Assembly: GCA_963736875.1 (NCBI GenBank)
Contig: CAVTQH010000002.1
Span: 133,294 to 197,293, forward strand
Length of the DNA: 64,000 nt
Direction: 5' to 3'
Source: Candidatus Amesbacteria bacterium
GTDB lineage: Bacteria; Patescibacteriota; Microgenomatia; CAZETR01; Amesbacteraceae
Shown here: in pieces, positions 1 to 10,669 of the stretch
Layout: each line of letters starts with the position of its first letter
How positions within the stretch are numbered: position 1 is the first letter of the stretch
Program-made: the position numbers and the translations under genes
The notes under the pieces: generated by a model
The model's database searches: none
What the model saw: only the letters and a program-made list of their open reading frames with translations
What the model was told of the DNA's origin: nothing

Positions 1-2
1 AA

Positions 3-1106
3 AAAGCCAAAATTGAACTTTCCTCGAGTTTAGAAGTCGAAATCAACCAGCCATATATTACTCAGCAGAACGGACAACCCCTGCATTTAAACTTAAAGCT
101 AACCCGGGCCAAACTGGAGTCTATTGTTGGTGACTTGATTCAAAAAACTACAGGCCCTGTCAAAGCCTGTCTTAAAGATGCCAAAAAAGACATTAAAGAT
201 ATTGATGAAGTAGTCTTGGTCGGCGGTATGACCCGGATGCCCAAAGTGATTGAAACTGTCAAAGACTTGTTTGGCAAAGAACCCAATAGAAGTGTAAATC
301 CCGATGAGGTTGTTGCTATCGGAGCTGCTATCCAGGGAGGAGTCCTGACAGGAGATGTTAAAGATGTGGTTCTTCTTGATGTTACACCCCTGACTTTGGG
401 GTTGGAGACTTTGGGCGGGGTTATGACTCCCCTGATTGACCGAAATACCACCATTCCCACCAGCAAAACTCAGGTTTTTTCTACTGCAGCTGACAGCCAA
501 ACCTCGGTAGAAATTCATGTTCTTCAGGGAGAACGTCCCATGGCAAATGACAATAAAACCCTTGGCCGCTTTATTCTTGATGGTATTCCGCCGGCTCCCC
601 GGGGTATCCCTCAGATTGAAGTAACCTTTGATATCGATGCCTCCGGAATTCTCAAGGTTTCTGCTAAAGATAAAGCCACCGGCAAGACTCAACATATCAC
701 TATCACCAACTCTACTAATCTGGATGAAAAGGAAGTAGAGAGAATGAAAGCGGAAGCGGAGAAACATCAGGCGGAAGATCTGGAAAAGAAAGCCAAGATT
801 GAGGCCAGAAATCAGGCTGATTCTCTGATTTTTACTTCCGAGAAGACCCTTAAAGATGCCGGTGATAAAGCCCCGGCTGATTTGAAAAAGGAAGTCGAAG
901 ACAAAGTCAAAAATCTCAAGGATATTCTGGAGACCGGTACCAAAGAAGATCTGGAAGCCAAGTCCAAAGATTTGATGGATTCTCTCCAAAAATTAGGAGG
1001 TTCCATGTACCAACAGCAAACTCCTCCTCCGGATCAAAGTGATCAGACAAAAAAGGCGGAAGATAAGAAGGAAGACAAACCCGAAGAAGGCGAAGTTGTA
1101 AACTAG
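3..1106 (+). CDS. dnaK: Chaperone DnaK (5'-partial, runs off window start)
   Basis: Frame open from position 3 (KAKIELSS...); motifs [52 protein letters not shown]. Confidence 0.98.
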   Translation, partial: KAKIELSSSLEVEINQPYITQQNGQPLHLNLKLTRAKLESIVGDLIQKTTGPVKACLKDAKKDIKDIDEVVLVGGMTRMPKVIETVKDLFGKEPNRSVNPDEVVAIGAAIQGGVLTGDVKDVVLLDVTPLTLGLETLGGVMTPLIDRNTTIPTSKTQVFSTAADSQTSVEIHVLQGERPMANDNKTLGRFILDGIPPAPRGIPQIEVTFDIDASGILKVSAKDKATGKTQHITITNSTNLDEKEVERMKAEAEKHQAEDLEKKAKIEARNQADSLIFTSEKTLKDAGDKAPADLKKEVEDKVKNLKDILETGTKEDLEAKSKDLMDSLQKLGGSMYQQQTPPPDQSDQTKKAEDKKEDKPEEGEVVN

Positions 1107-1137
1107 AAAAAGAAATCCGGGTTTTATCCCGGATTTC
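1107..1137. terminator. Hairpin terminator between convergent dnaK and RRM genes
   Basis: GAAATCCGGG-TTTTAT-CCCGGATTTC (1112-1137); the A-run to its left gives a U-tract on the minus strand. Confidence 0.75.
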
Positions 1138-1163
1138 CAAACGTTTTGAAACCAATACAAGAA

Positions 1164-1424
1164 TTACTTCTCAGGTTTTGGTCTGGCCACGTTCACAGTC
1201 ATCTTTCGGCCTTCGAAATCTTGTTCATGGAACATTTCAATTGCCTTTTTAGCTTCATCTTCAGTGCCCATCTCTACAAAACCGAAACCCTTGCTCCTGC
1301 CTGTAACCCGATCAGAAAGGACAACTGCGTCAACTACGGTTCCGGCTTTGGTAAACGCCTGTTTCAGCATATCCGAGGTGACCGCCCAATTTAAATTCCC
1401 GACGAAAAGTTTTTTATTGTTAAT
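1164..1424 (-). CDS. RRM (RNP-1) RNA-binding protein, probable ATT start
   Basis: RNP2 KLFVGNL lies upstream of the track's Met; RNP1 RSKGFGFVEM; an in-frame TGA just upstream limits the start to about 1424. Confidence 0.9.
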   Translation of the reverse strand: MNNKKLFVGNLNWAVTSDMLKQAFTKAGTVVDAVVLSDRVTGRSKGFGFVEMGTEDEAKKAIEMFHEQDFEGRKMTVNVARPKPEK

Positions 1425-1488
1425 ACTAAGTCACCCCCATCAGAACAACCGACATAAACACCTCCATTTTACAGTAAAATGCGTATAA

Positions 1489-1926
1489 ATGCCACCTTCA
1501 TTTCCATCCTGGCTCAAGATTAAATTTTTGCCGGTTTCTACCCGGACAGCAGCAGACGCAGCGGCAGCTTTGGGGGTTGATTTGGGCCGGATTGGCAAAT
1601 CCCTGATTTTTTACTCCGTAACAACCGACAATCCCGTTCTGATCATTGCCAGTGGTGCTAACCGGGTGGATAAGGAAAAGGTCGGGAAGTACCTGGGTTT
1701 TAAAATTAAGACCGCCGGTCCGGATTATGTTTTGGAAATCACCGGTTATCCCGTCGGGGGAGTTCCGCCTTTTAATCACAAACAACCTATTCGTACACTT
1801 ATTGATAAAGACCTAATGCAATATGATGAAATTTGGGTCGCAGCCGGTACTCCCGACTCCCTTTTCCCCATTTCCCCCCAAAAACTGGTAAAGGTATCAA
1901 ACGCCGAAATTGTAGCTATCTGCTAA
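1489..1926 (+). CDS. YbaK/EbsC family aminoacyl-tRNA deacylase
   Basis: TAADAAAALG, IGKSL, TGYPVGGVPPF, VAAGT motifs. Confidence 0.9.
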   Translation: MPPSFPSWLKIKFLPVSTRTAADAAAALGVDLGRIGKSLIFYSVTTDNPVLIIASGANRVDKEKVGKYLGFKIKTAGPDYVLEITGYPVGGVPPFNHKQPIRTLIDKDLMQYDEIWVAAGTPDSLFPISPQKLVKVSNAEIVAIC

Positions 1927-1940
1927 CTCTTGTCATCTGT

Positions 1941-2804
1941 TTAAACCTTCCACCTGGCAAAGATTCCGGCGGGTAATATTCTTCCCCCGACAGTTTCTTC
2001 TATTCCCAATTCCCCGTTTTCAATTTCTCCTTTGAGATCTTTTGTCACATCCGAGAGCAGATTTCCCAACACCAGACTGGACATATCAGCGGTATAAGCG
2101 TTTATAAGCCAAAACAGGGGAGCAGGGGATATGATTTCCCTGCAGGCAGTTACTAATTCTGGCAGATTCTCCATAAGTTTCCACACCTCACCCTTCATTC
2201 CCCGACCAAACCGGGGTGGATCCATGATTATTCCGTCGTATTTTACTCCCCGTTTAATTTCCCGTTTTACAAATTTAAAAGCATCATCCTGGATCCAGCG
2301 GATTTTTTCCCTGGGTACACCCGACAATTTGGTATTTTCAGAAGCCCACATCATAGCCGGCTTCGATGCATCCACATGGGTAACATGCACTCCGGTTAAT
2401 GCCGCGGCAATCGTCGCCCCTCCCGTATACGCAAATAAATTAAGTATTTTTATATTTGTAGTTTGTAATCTGGAATTTGTGATTTGATTGGCGATCCATT
2501 CCCAATTAACTGCCTGTTCCGGAAATACTCCCGTATGTTTAAATTCTGTTGGTTTCAAAATAAACTTAATATTTTGGTAGGATATCTGCCATGGATTTGG
2601 CGGGGAAGTTTTAAAATCCCAATTTTCTTCAAATATCCCGTCTGCCTCCGCCCAGATTTTGATGTTACTTCTTCTCCATATGGCTCTGGGATCAGGTCTG
2701 ATGGTAATAAACTGCCCCCACCTTTCCAGTTTCTTTCCCTCTCCCGAATCTATCAGTTCATAATCTTTCCACCCCTCGGGACAAAAAATATGCGTATTTG
2801 TCAT
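1941..2804 (-). CDS. Class I SAM-dependent methyltransferase (RlmI/YwbD-like)
   Basis: YELIDSGEGKKLERWG, HTGVFPEQ, LNLFAYTGG, MDPPRFGRG. Confidence 0.9.
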   Translation of the reverse strand: MTNTHIFCPEGWKDYELIDSGEGKKLERWGQFITIRPDPRAIWRRSNIKIWAEADGIFEENWDFKTSPPNPWQISYQNIKFILKPTEFKHTGVFPEQAVNWEWIANQITNSRLQTTNIKILNLFAYTGGATIAAALTGVHVTHVDASKPAMMWASENTKLSGVPREKIRWIQDDAFKFVKREIKRGVKYDGIIMDPPRFGRGMKGEVWKLMENLPELVTACREIISPAPLFWLINAYTADMSSLVLGNLLSDVTKDLKGEIENGELGIEETVGGRILPAGIFARWKV

Positions 2805-3146
2805 TTACACTCTTCTTCTTTTCTTTGGTCTGGATCCGTTATGCGCCATCGGAGTTACATCGGCAATCAGTGACATTTTCATCCCGGCTGCTTTCAAAGC
2901 GCGTAAAGCTGCATCCCGCCCGGCACCGGGACCTTTCAGATATACTTCTACTTCCTTTATTCCGGTGGCCATGGCTTTCCTGGCTGTTGCCTCTACTGCC
3001 GTTGTGGCCGCAAAAGGGGTAGCTTTTCTGGCTCCCTTAAATCCGGATGCCCCGGAAGACCCCCAGGCTATGACGTTTCCTGAAGCATCTGCAATGGTCA
3101 CTAAAGTATTATTAAAGGTCGCGGTAATATATGCCTTGCCGTTCAT
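2805..3146 (-). CDS. rpsK: 30S ribosomal protein S11
   Basis: [31 protein letters not shown]. Confidence 0.97.
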   Translation of the reverse strand: MNGKAYITATFNNTLVTIADASGNVIAWGSSGASGFKGARKATPFAATTAVEATARKAMATGIKEVEVYLKGPGAGRDAALRALKAAGMKMSLIADVTPMAHNGSRPKKRRRV

Positions 3147-3568
3147 TTGGCATCCTCCTTTTTCTCCTTCTCCTTCTTGGCTACCTCCACTTTAGCTAAT
3201 GCCTCTTTCTTTAAAGCTCCGATAGTTACTCTCTTACCTCTCTTAGTCCGGGCGTTGGTTCTGGTTCTCTGGCCTCTGGAAGGCAAACCCCTGGCATGCC
3301 TTAAACCCCGGTAAGATCCGATTTCCTTAAGCCTGGTTACATTTTGGGAAATCTGCTTTCTTAAATCGCCTTCCACTTTTATTCCTTCAATCACTTTCTG
3401 TAGTCGTGATACCTCTTCAGCAGTCAAGCTCTCCACTCTTTTCGCCGCGTCTACAGCTGCCTTAGTCAATATTCCTGCTACATTTGTTCTTCCGATCCCG
3501 AAAATATAAGTCAAAGCAACATCTATGCGCTTCTTTTCCGGAATATCTATACCTGCAATTCTGGGCAT
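3143..3568 (-). CDS. rpsM: 30S ribosomal protein S13
   Basis: [30 protein letters not shown]. Confidence 0.97.
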   Translation of the reverse strand: MPRIAGIDIPEKKRIDVALTYIFGIGRTNVAGILTKAAVDAAKRVESLTAEEVSRLQKVIEGIKVEGDLRKQISQNVTRLKEIGSYRGLRHARGLPSRGQRTRTNARTKRGKRVTIGALKKEALAKVEVAKKEKEKKEDAK

Positions 3569-3576
3569 ATATTATT

Positions 3577-3690
3577 TCATCCCTGGCGCTGCTTATGCCG
3601 GGGATTTGTACAAATAACAAACAGCACACCTTTGCGTTTAATTACTTTGCAATTACGGCAGCGGGTTTTAATAGAAGCTTGTACTTTCAT
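3577..3690 (-). CDS. rpmJ: 50S ribosomal protein L36 (absent from ORF track)
   Basis: Manual translation [37 protein letters not shown]; ATGA overlap with infA. Confidence 0.96.
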   Translation of the reverse strand: MKVQASIKTRCRNCKVIKRKGVLFVICTNPRHKQRQG

Positions 3691-3926
3691 TTTAATTTGT
3701 ACACAATTCTTCCCCGGCTGGTATCCAGGGCGGAAATTTCACACCTCACCCTGTCACCGGGCAACAACCTGACATAATTCAGCCGCATTTTTCCGGCTAT
3801 GGTGCACAGAACAATTTTTCCGATCAGAGCTTGTTCGCCGGTAGTGTCTATTTTTACCCGAAACATAGTGTTGGGTAAATTTTCAACCACCACCCCTTCA
3901 GCCAAAAAGTTCTTTAGATCACTCAT
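3687..3926 (-). CDS. infA: Translation initiation factor IF-1
   Basis: [30 protein letters not shown]. Confidence 0.95.
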   Translation of the reverse strand: MSDLKNFLAEGVVVENLPNTMFRVKIDTTGEQALIGKIVLCTIAGKMRLNYVRLLPGDRVRCEISALDTSRGRIVYKLK

Positions 3927-3930
3927 TCTT

Positions 3931-4701
3931 TCAAATATTTTCTGTTCCTGTCAGGATAACCGGGCCGGATTGTGCCAAAGCCACGGTTTGCTCAAACAGC
4001 CCTGATATTTTACCATCAGCCGTGGCTATTGTCCAACCATCATCATTTTTATACACGACCTCAAATATCCCCGCGTTATACATTACTTCTATGGCTAAAA
4101 CCATTCCTGTCTGTAAAACCTGTGAGTGTTCATATTTCCCCACAACAAAGCAGGGGATAGCAGGCTCTTCGTGAAGGTTCTTTCCTACCCCATGGCCTGT
4201 AAGTGCCCGCACTGCACTATATCCGGCAGCTTCAACAGTCTCCTGTATCGCTTTCGAGATATCAGCCACTCTTTTTCCCGGTTTGGCTTGCTCAATAGCC
4301 GTCTTCAAAGCCAGTTTACCCGTATCCAGAAACTTATTACTATTGCTGTTCACAATTACTGTTGTCGCTGTATCTGTGTGATATCCCTTATAAAAAAGCC
4401 CTACATCAATACCCACCTTGTCGCCATCCCTGATAACAGTCTCATCAGGTATACCATGGACCACCACATCATTTAAGTTAATACAGGTAGCCCAATAGTA
4501 TCCCGGCACCATCTTAAAAGAAGCCTTGCCTCCGGCTTTTTCGATCATATCACTAGCCATTTTTTCCAAGTCCATGGTTCTTATCCCCGGTTTGACTGCA
4601 AAAGCTAAGGTGTCCCTGATATTTCCCAGAATTTGCCCTCCCCGGGCCATAATTTTTATCTCTCCCTCCGTTTTTATTGTCAATTTATCCATGTAATTCA
4701 C
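3931..4701 (-). CDS. map: Methionine aminopeptidase type I
   Basis: VVHGIP, IDVG, HTDTA, GHGVG..LHEEP; position after adk. Confidence 0.96.
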   Translation of the reverse strand: MNYMDKLTIKTEGEIKIMARGGQILGNIRDTLAFAVKPGIRTMDLEKMASDMIEKAGGKASFKMVPGYYWATCINLNDVVVHGIPDETVIRDGDKVGIDVGLFYKGYHTDTATTVIVNSNSNKFLDTGKLALKTAIEQAKPGKRVADISKAIQETVEAAGYSAVRALTGHGVGKNLHEEPAIPCFVVGKYEHSQVLQTGMVLAIEVMYNAGIFEVVYKNDDGWTIATADGKISGLFEQTVALAQSGPVILTGTENI

Positions 4702-5336
4702 AATCCCAATTTGGCTACAATTTCTTGATGAATTCTCTCAATCGGTCTTTCCCCATTAATTTCCACCAATACCCCTTCTTTTTTTGCTGCCTCGATTACT
4801 TTTTCCGTGGAACGGTTAAAAGCCTCCAATCTTTTTTTAATAGCGTCCGGTGTATCATCTTCCCTTTGCACCAAATTGCCTCCGCATTCACAATTATTTC
4901 CGTAAGGTGACGGGTCAGTAACCAGGTTATAAACCTTACCGCATATCCGGCACGTCTGTCTGGACGAAAGCCTTTTTATTGTTTCTGCCTCGGAAATATT
5001 AATAAAAATTACTTTATCCATCCGTTCACCCTTAGAAGCCAGAATATTCCTGATTAATTTGTATTGGGGAAAATTGCGCGGTGTCCCGTCAAACAAAAAA
5101 CCTTTGGGGTGACTCAGGTTTAAGGTTTCTTTCAAAACCGTGTTCAAAATATCATCGGATACCAAAACTCCCTTAAGCATCATACTTTTTACCTTTCTAC
5201 CCCACGGATGATCTGACTCGGCGATTTTCCTTAATATTTCCCCCGTTTCTACACGCGTAAATCCATACTTACTGACAAGCATCCCTGCCTGGGTGCCCTT
5301 ACCTGACCCCTGCGGCCCCAATATCACCAGGTTCAT
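4698..5336 (-). CDS. adk: Adenylate kinase with Zn-lid
   Basis: [16 protein letters not shown], CxxC...CxC lid, QREDD. Confidence 0.95.
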   Translation of the reverse strand: MNLVILGPQGSGKGTQAGMLVSKYGFTRVETGEILRKIAESDHPWGRKVKSMMLKGVLVSDDILNTVLKETLNLSHPKGFLFDGTPRNFPQYKLIRNILASKGERMDKVIFINISEAETIKRLSSRQTCRICGKVYNLVTDPSPYGNNCECGGNLVQREDDTPDAIKKRLEAFNRSTEKVIEAAKKEGVLVEINGERPIERIHQEIVAKLGL

Positions 5337-6622
5337 ATATTCAAAAATCCTTCGTAGTTTCTTACCAACAGCTGGGATTGCAGGGACTTGGTTGTTTCTA
5401 AAACCACCGATACCACAATCAATAGTCCTGTCCCTCCGATTGATAAAGTGGGAATCTTAAAAATACCCTGCATAATTGCGGGTAAGATTGCAATTAATCC
5501 CAAAAAAACCGCTCCGGCCAAAGTAATTCTGTTTAGAACCCCCGACAGATAATGTGCCGTGGCTTCACCCGGCCTGACACCGGGGATGAAACCGCCGTAT
5601 TTTTTCAAATCGTCTGCAATTTTTTCCGGATTAAATACAATTGCCGTATAAAAGTAGGTGAATCCCACTACTAGGGCAAAATAAATCAGGTTATAAGGCG
5701 TTCCCCCGGGTTTCATAAACTCTACCGTTTGTTTAGCAATGTTCACTATCATCGGGTTCGGGACTTGCTCCACAAACTTTCCCACCATTGAAGGTAAAAG
5801 TACCAAAGAGACGGCAAAAATTATCGGGATTACTCCGGCCTGATTGATCCGCAAAGGCAGATGGGTGGATTGTCCCCCGTACAATCTGCCGGCTCTTAAC
5901 CTTTTTGCGTACTGTACCACAATATTCCGTGATGCCTCATTCATAAATACCACCCCTGCAATTACTAAAAGCCCCACCACAATAAACACCAGCACACTCC
6001 CCAGATTTATAGTCTCCAAAGTTGAGGCTGTCTGCCCGATCATCACCGGCATTCTTCCCACTATTCCGGCAAATATCAGCAAGCTTATTCCGTTGCCCAC
6101 GCCATATTCGGTTATCAGTTCTCCCAACCACACGGTCAAAATTGTTCCCGCCAGCATTGTTACCAGTAACGCCAACAGTTGCAATGGGTTCAGAACTCCG
6201 ATTATCCCCTGGCCTTTAAGTAAAAAATACATGCCGAAAGCCTGCAAAATTGCAATAGGAACTGTTAAAAGTCTGGTATATTGATTCACAACTTCTCTTC
6301 CGTACTCACCCTCTTTCTGTAATTCCTCCAATTTGGGAAAAACTACGGTCAAAAGTTGAATAATAATCGAGGCATTAATATACGGGCCGAGACCAAGTGC
6401 CACCAAGCTGAAATTTGCCAGAGTGCCTCCGGAAAAGATATCCAAAAGTCCCAGAAGCTGGCTTGAAGAAAACAGCATTTTCAAAGCCTCTTTATCCACA
6501 CCGGCCGCCGGGATATGTGCCAGAAATCTATAAAGAAGAAGCATTACCGCAGTAAAAATTAATTTTCGTCTCAGATCCCGGGCGGTCCAAACTTGCCGCA
6601 GACTGTTTATAATTTTTTCCAT
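5333..6622 (-). CDS. secY: Preprotein translocase subunit SecY
   Basis: [42 protein letters not shown]. Confidence 0.98.
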   Translation of the reverse strand: MEKIINSLRQVWTARDLRRKLIFTAVMLLLYRFLAHIPAAGVDKEALKMLFSSSQLLGLLDIFSGGTLANFSLVALGLGPYINASIIIQLLTVVFPKLEELQKEGEYGREVVNQYTRLLTVPIAILQAFGMYFLLKGQGIIGVLNPLQLLALLVTMLAGTILTVWLGELITEYGVGNGISLLIFAGIVGRMPVMIGQTASTLETINLGSVLVFIVVGLLVIAGVVFMNEASRNIVVQYAKRLRAGRLYGGQSTHLPLRINQAGVIPIIFAVSLVLLPSMVGKFVEQVPNPMIVNIAKQTVEFMKPGGTPYNLIYFALVVGFTYFYTAIVFNPEKIADDLKKYGGFIPGVRPGEATAHYLSGVLNRITLAGAVFLGLIAILPAIMQGIFKIPTLSIGGTGLLIVVSVVLETTKSLQSQLLVRNYEGFLNI

Positions 6623-6625
6623 ATC

Positions 6626-7069
6626 TTAATCAACGACTTTACCTCCGGCTTTAAGAATTTTTTCCCTCGCCGATTTTGAAGCTCTTACCCTTACGTCTAA
6701 TGCTTGTTTAATTTCTCCAGTTCCCAATATTTTTACCGATTTACCACCGGATTCTTTTAGCCACCCCTTTTTTACCAGATTGTCCTCTGAAACAGGTATT
6801 CCTTTCGGCCATTCGGATAATGCCTGGAGATTAATTATTACCGGTTTATTTTCCCAGGATTTTAGTTTTCCCCTTCCCCTCCACAAGGGTAACCTTTTAA
6901 TAAACGATTTTTTTATCTTTGTCCCTTCAAAAATCGGAGATATTTTATCTCTGGATTTTTGTCCCTTCATCCCCCGGCCGGAGGTATGACCGCCCTTACC
7001 CGATCCGATACCTCTTCCTACTCTTTTTGCTCGCCGTTGGGTAATTTTTGGTAATTTATTTAATTGCAT
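6626..7069 (-). CDS. rplO: 50S ribosomal protein L15
   Basis: KRVGRGIGSGKG, GRGMKGQKSR, KILGTG. Confidence 0.96.
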   Translation of the reverse strand: MQLNKLPKITQRRAKRVGRGIGSGKGGHTSGRGMKGQKSRDKISPIFEGTKIKKSFIKRLPLWRGRGKLKSWENKPVIINLQALSEWPKGIPVSEDNLVKKGWLKESGGKSVKILGTGEIKQALDVRVRASKSAREKILKAGGKVVD

Positions 7070-7079
7070 AATTTACAGG

Positions 7080-7535
7080 TTACTTTCTGTTTTTTAATCT
7101 TTTTAACGCTTCAAATGTAGCATAAACATTGCTTGCCCTGTTAGATGTTCCCAGTATTTTCCCGATCACATCCTTAATTCCTGCTGCCTCAACTATTGCC
7201 CTGACCGGTCCGCCCGCAATTACACCGCTTCCTGCCGGAGCCGGCTTAAGCATCAATTTTGCGGCTCCCAGCTTAATCCTTATCTCGTGAGGAATAGTTG
7301 TACCCCTCATAGCCACAGTAATAAGTCTCTTTTGGGCATAAGTGCTGCCTTTTCTGATTGCTGATGATACGTCCGTAGCTTTTCCCAAGCCTATTCCCAC
7401 CCGGCCTTTTTTATCACCGACAACCATCAGGGCCGAAAATCCAATTCTGTTTCCCCCCTTGGTCTTCTTACTTACACGATTCACCTGTACCACTTTTTCT
7501 TCAAATTCTTTCTCAATTTTTTCAGGATTAAACAT
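7080..7535 (-). CDS. rpsE: 30S ribosomal protein S5
   Basis: [26 protein letters not shown]; no rpmD follows it. Confidence 0.97.
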   Translation of the reverse strand: MFNPEKIEKEFEEKVVQVNRVSKKTKGGNRIGFSALMVVGDKKGRVGIGLGKATDVSSAIRKGSTYAQKRLITVAMRGTTIPHEIRIKLGAAKLMLKPAPAGSGVIAGGPVRAIVEAAGIKDVIGKILGTSNRASNVYATFEALKRLKNRK

Positions 7536-7544
7536 AATATAAAA

Positions 7545-7865
7545 TTAAAAATGTAAACCGGCTTCCCTGGCGGATTCAGCCAGTTGTTTTATTCGCCCAT
7601 GATACTTATAAGCTCCTCTGTCAAAGACAACCTCTTTTATTTTAGCTTTGATCGCCTTTTTAGCAATTTCAGTTCCCACTTCGGATGCTTTCTTTGCCTT
7701 TACTCCCGCCACCGTTGCACCGGATTTTAAATTTATCACTTGGGCTGAAATATATTTATTGCTTCTTCTGGCCACCAATTTATACATGACCTTGCTCCCT
7801 TTAAGTATTCTGAACTTGGTTCTGGCAGTCCGGTGAATTTTATTATGTTTATATCTTTTAATCAT
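7545..7865 (-). CDS. rplR: 50S ribosomal protein L18 (compact)
   Basis: RSNKYISAQVI, VVFDRGAYKYHGRIK, AREAGLHF. Confidence 0.95.
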   Translation of the reverse strand: MIKRYKHNKIHRTARTKFRILKGSKVMYKLVARRSNKYISAQVINLKSGATVAGVKAKKASEVGTEIAKKAIKAKIKEVVFDRGAYKYHGRIKQLAESAREAGLHF

Positions 7866-7871
7866 AATATT

Positions 7872-8408
7872 TTAGGCGGCTGCTTTGGCAGCTTTGCCCA
7901 CTTTACGAATAATTATTTCCCCTTCATATTTAAATCCCTTGGCTTTGTAAGGATCTGCAGGTTTCAGGCCTCTGATTTTAGCTGCTACTTCTCCGACAAT
8001 TATTTTGTCCATACCGGAAACCGTAATCCGGTTTTCTTTTACCTCAAAGTTTATCCCCGGTGGGGCTTTAATTACCACCGGATGTGAAAATCCCAGAGCT
8101 AACTGCAGCTCGGATCCGGTGGTACCGGCTCTGTATCCGGTTCCCGATAGTTCAACTGTTTTTGTCCATCCTTCGGTTACCCCCTTTACCATATTGGATA
8201 ACAAAGCCCTGGTCGTTCCATGGATATTAGGTAAATTCTCTTCAGTCATTTCCACAACAGCTTCCCCGGGGGTTATTTTTATCAGGGCTTTCTCATGCAG
8301 CTTGGTTTTAATACTGCCTTTGGGCCCGACCACTTCCGCCCATCCACCACCTGTTTTTATGGTTACCTCTTCTGGTAATCTGATTGGTAATTTTCCGATT
8401 TTAGACAT
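7872..8408 (-). CDS. rplF: 50S ribosomal protein L6
   Basis: MSKIGKLPI, LGFSHP, DPYKAKG. Confidence 0.97.
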   Translation of the reverse strand: MSKIGKLPIRLPEEVTIKTGGGWAEVVGPKGSIKTKLHEKALIKITPGEAVVEMTEENLPNIHGTTRALLSNMVKGVTEGWTKTVELSGTGYRAGTTGSELQLALGFSHPVVIKAPPGINFEVKENRITVSGMDKIIVGEVAAKIRGLKPADPYKAKGFKYEGEIIIRKVGKAAKAAA

Positions 8409-8423
8409 ATTAGGTTTAATAAA

Positions 8424-8804
8424 TTACCACACTTGGGCAATAACTTCTCCGCCGGTATTTAATTTTTTTGCTTGTTTTCCGCTCATAATCCCCTTCGGTG
8501 TGGTCAGGATGGATATTCCCCATCCTCCCAACACTCTCGGCAAAGCTTTAATACTGGAATAGATTCTTGCCCCCGGTTTGCTCACTCTCTTAATCCCGGA
8601 AATCGCCGGATCCTTACCTTCATACTTTAAAGTTAATATAAGTTTCTGCCCATCCTTTTTCACCCCTTTTAAATATCCTTCATCCAAAAGAACTTTAGCC
8701 ACTTTTTCTATAGCCTTCGTTGTCGGAGTTTCCATGGTTTCCAGGTTGGCCCGATAACCGTTTCTTACCCTGGTCACAAAATCTGATAATTGGTCGTTTA
8801 CCAT
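8424..8804 (-). CDS. rpsH: 30S ribosomal protein S8
   Basis: [25 protein letters not shown]. Confidence 0.97.
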   Translation of the reverse strand: MVNDQLSDFVTRVRNGYRANLETMETPTTKAIEKVAKVLLDEGYLKGVKKDGQKLILTLKYEGKDPAISGIKRVSKPGARIYSSIKALPRVLGGWGISILTTPKGIMSGKQAKKLNTGGEVIAQVW

Positions 8805-8986
8805 GACGCCTTTCTTACCCCCGGGAGTTCCCCTTTATTTGCTAACTCACGAAAACAAAGCCTGCACAGTCCGAATAATCTGATATATGCTCTCGGACGT
8901 CCGCACAAACGACACCTGTTCCGGTGTTGGGTCGGATACTTCAGGTATCCCTTGGTTTGTTTGACAATTTTTGATGTTTTGGCCAT
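8798..8986 (-). CDS. rpsN: 30S ribosomal protein S14 (Zn-binding type)
   Basis: [32 protein letters not shown]; start trimmed to the MAK ATG. Confidence 0.95.
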   Translation of the reverse strand: MAKTSKIVKQTKGYLKYPTQHRNRCRLCGRPRAYIRLFGLCRLCFRELANKGELPGVRKASW

Positions 8987-8987
8987 T

Positions 8988-9536
8988 TTATTTATCCGCC
9001 TTTTCAAAAGGCATACCCATCAAAGTCAGTAATCGTTGGGCAATTTTATCATTCCCCGGCGGCTTCAGGACAAACGTGATTTCCAAACCCCTAATCCTGT
9101 CCAACCTGGCGTAATCAATCTCCGGAAATACAATTTGTTCCGTAATTCCCAAGGTATAATTCCCGTTTCGGTCAAAAGCCTTGCTTGATACCCCCTGAAA
9201 ATCTCTTACCCGGGGGAGGGCAATACCCACCAGTTTCGAAATGAAATCATACATTCTGCTACCCCTTAAGTTGACGGTTAATCCTACCGGATCACCTTGT
9301 CTTAATTTAAATCCTGCAATCGACAATTTTGCAGTAGTCACCTTCGGTTTTTGGCCTGAGATAGCAGTAATTTGCTCTACAGCTTTATCCAACACTCCCT
9401 TGTCATGGGCTGCTTCTTTTACCCCGACATTAATTACCACCTTGGAGATTCTTGGGACGGCCATTTTATTGGAAATGCCAAACTCTTCCATCAGGGACGG
9501 AATGATCTTTTCTTGATAATACTGTTTTAAATTCAT
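8988..9536 (-). CDS. rplE: 50S ribosomal protein L5
   Basis: [28 protein letters not shown]. Confidence 0.97.
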   Translation of the reverse strand: MNLKQYYQEKIIPSLMEEFGISNKMAVPRISKVVINVGVKEAAHDKGVLDKAVEQITAISGQKPKVTTAKLSIAGFKLRQGDPVGLTVNLRGSRMYDFISKLVGIALPRVRDFQGVSSKAFDRNGNYTLGITEQIVFPEIDYARLDRIRGLEITFVLKPPGNDKIAQRLLTLMGMPFEKADK

Positions 9537-9539
9537 AAC

Positions 9540-9848
9540 TTAATTAATATCTGCATCACATTTTCTGCATACTCTAATCTTATTACCGTCAATGAATTTA
9601 TACCCTACCCGGGTTTGCTGTTTGCACTTTGGGCAGATCAAAGCCACTTTGGAAAGTAGTATCGGCCGGCTTAAGGTCAGTATTTCCCCCGGCTTGTTTT
9701 CTCCCTGGGATTTACGATGTTTTTTATACTCATTAACTCCCGGTATTAGTACCGATTGTAAGCCGGGAAAGACTCTTTCTGCCTTTGCCTGCTTCCCCCT
9801 GTTCTTGCCCGTTGTTACTATAACGGTATCACCTTTTTTTATTTTCAT
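9540..9848 (-). CDS. rplX: 50S ribosomal protein L24
   Basis: MKIKKGDTV..GK.RGK KOW motif. Confidence 0.96.
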   Translation of the reverse strand: MKIKKGDTVIVTTGKNRGKQAKAERVFPGLQSVLIPGVNEYKKHRKSQGENKPGEILTLSRPILLSKVALICPKCKQQTRVGYKFIDGNKIRVCRKCDADIN

Positions 9849-10216
9849 AGAACCTCACTTGCCAGAGAGGCAATCTTAGTAAATCCTGCATCTTTAACTT
9901 CACGGGCAATCGGGCCGAATACCCTTGTGCCCCTCGGCTCTTTTGATTTAGGGTCAATAATCACTGCCGCGTTATCATCAAATCTTATATAACTGCCGTC
10001 CTTTCTTCTTCTCTCTTTCCTTGTTCTGACTATTACCGCCTTTACAATTTCGGAATCTGAAACAACCCCGTTTGGATCAGCTTTATCTACCACTGCCGTT
10101 ACAATATCTCCTACATATGCATAAGTTCTTTTCCATGCACCTGCCACATGGATTAATCTTAATCTTTTAGCCCCGCAATTATCCGCAGGCTCCAGTATGC
10201 TTCTAAGCTGTACCAT
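9845..10216 (-). CDS. rplN: 50S ribosomal protein L14
   Basis: ADNCGAK, RFDDNAAV, GTRVFGP. Confidence 0.97.
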   Translation of the reverse strand: MVQLRSILEPADNCGAKRLRLIHVAGAWKRTYAYVGDIVTAVVDKADPNGVVSDSEIVKAVIVRTRKERRRKDGSYIRFDDNAAVIIDPKSKEPRGTRVFGPIAREVKDAGFTKIASLASEVL

Positions 10217-10445
10217 ACGACTTGATTACTTCAATAACTTTCCATTTTTTGGTTTTGCTCAAAGGTCTTGATTCAGCCAATTTGACGATATCTCCGGTTT
10301 TTACTTCCATCTCATTATGGGCATGATATTTCTTGGTTCGCCTGATCCGTTTATGGTAAACCGGGTGAGCCATGGATTTTTCCACCTCGACTACTACGGT
10401 TTTTTTCATTTTTGCGGTAATAACTTTTCCGATTATGGTTTTCAT
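10203..10445 (-). CDS. rpsQ: 30S ribosomal protein S17
   Basis: KMKKTVVV, HPVY.K, ESRPLSKTK. Confidence 0.96.
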   Translation of the reverse strand: MKTIIGKVITAKMKKTVVVEVEKSMAHPVYHKRIRRTKKYHAHNEMEVKTGDIVKLAESRPLSKTKKWKVIEVIKSYGTA

Positions 10446-10666
10446 GATTTGTCTGCAGATTTTACACTAATAATTGTTTTTACTCGGGCTAAATCTTTTT
10501 TTATATGAAAAATCTCCCTCATATTTTTTAGTCTGCCTACTGATTTTTCAAGTTTCTTTTTGGATATATCCAAAGCCAATTGCTTGGACTTTACCATCAA
10601 TTCCGGGACGGTCATATCCTTAAATGCTGTTGTTATGACGATATTTTTAGTTTGTTTTTTAGCCAT
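10442..10666 (-). CDS. rpmC: 50S ribosomal protein L29
   Basis: Lies between rplP and rpsQ; IKKDLARVKT. Confidence 0.88.
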   Translation of the reverse strand: MAKKQTKNIVITTAFKDMTVPELMVKSKQLALDISKKKLEKSVGRLKNMREIFHIKKDLARVKTIISVKSADKS

Positions 10667-10669
10667 ATA

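Noticed and set aside
99-989. 296-aa antisense ORF over dnaK, and similar shadow ORFs over rpoB, rpoC, fusA, pnp and rpsD
   Set aside because: They fully overlap conserved genes on the other strand or frame, carry no motifs, and are expected from codon bias
7069-7080. Absence of rpmD (L30) between rpsE and rplO
   Set aside because: An established CPR trait; used only as a taxonomic clue
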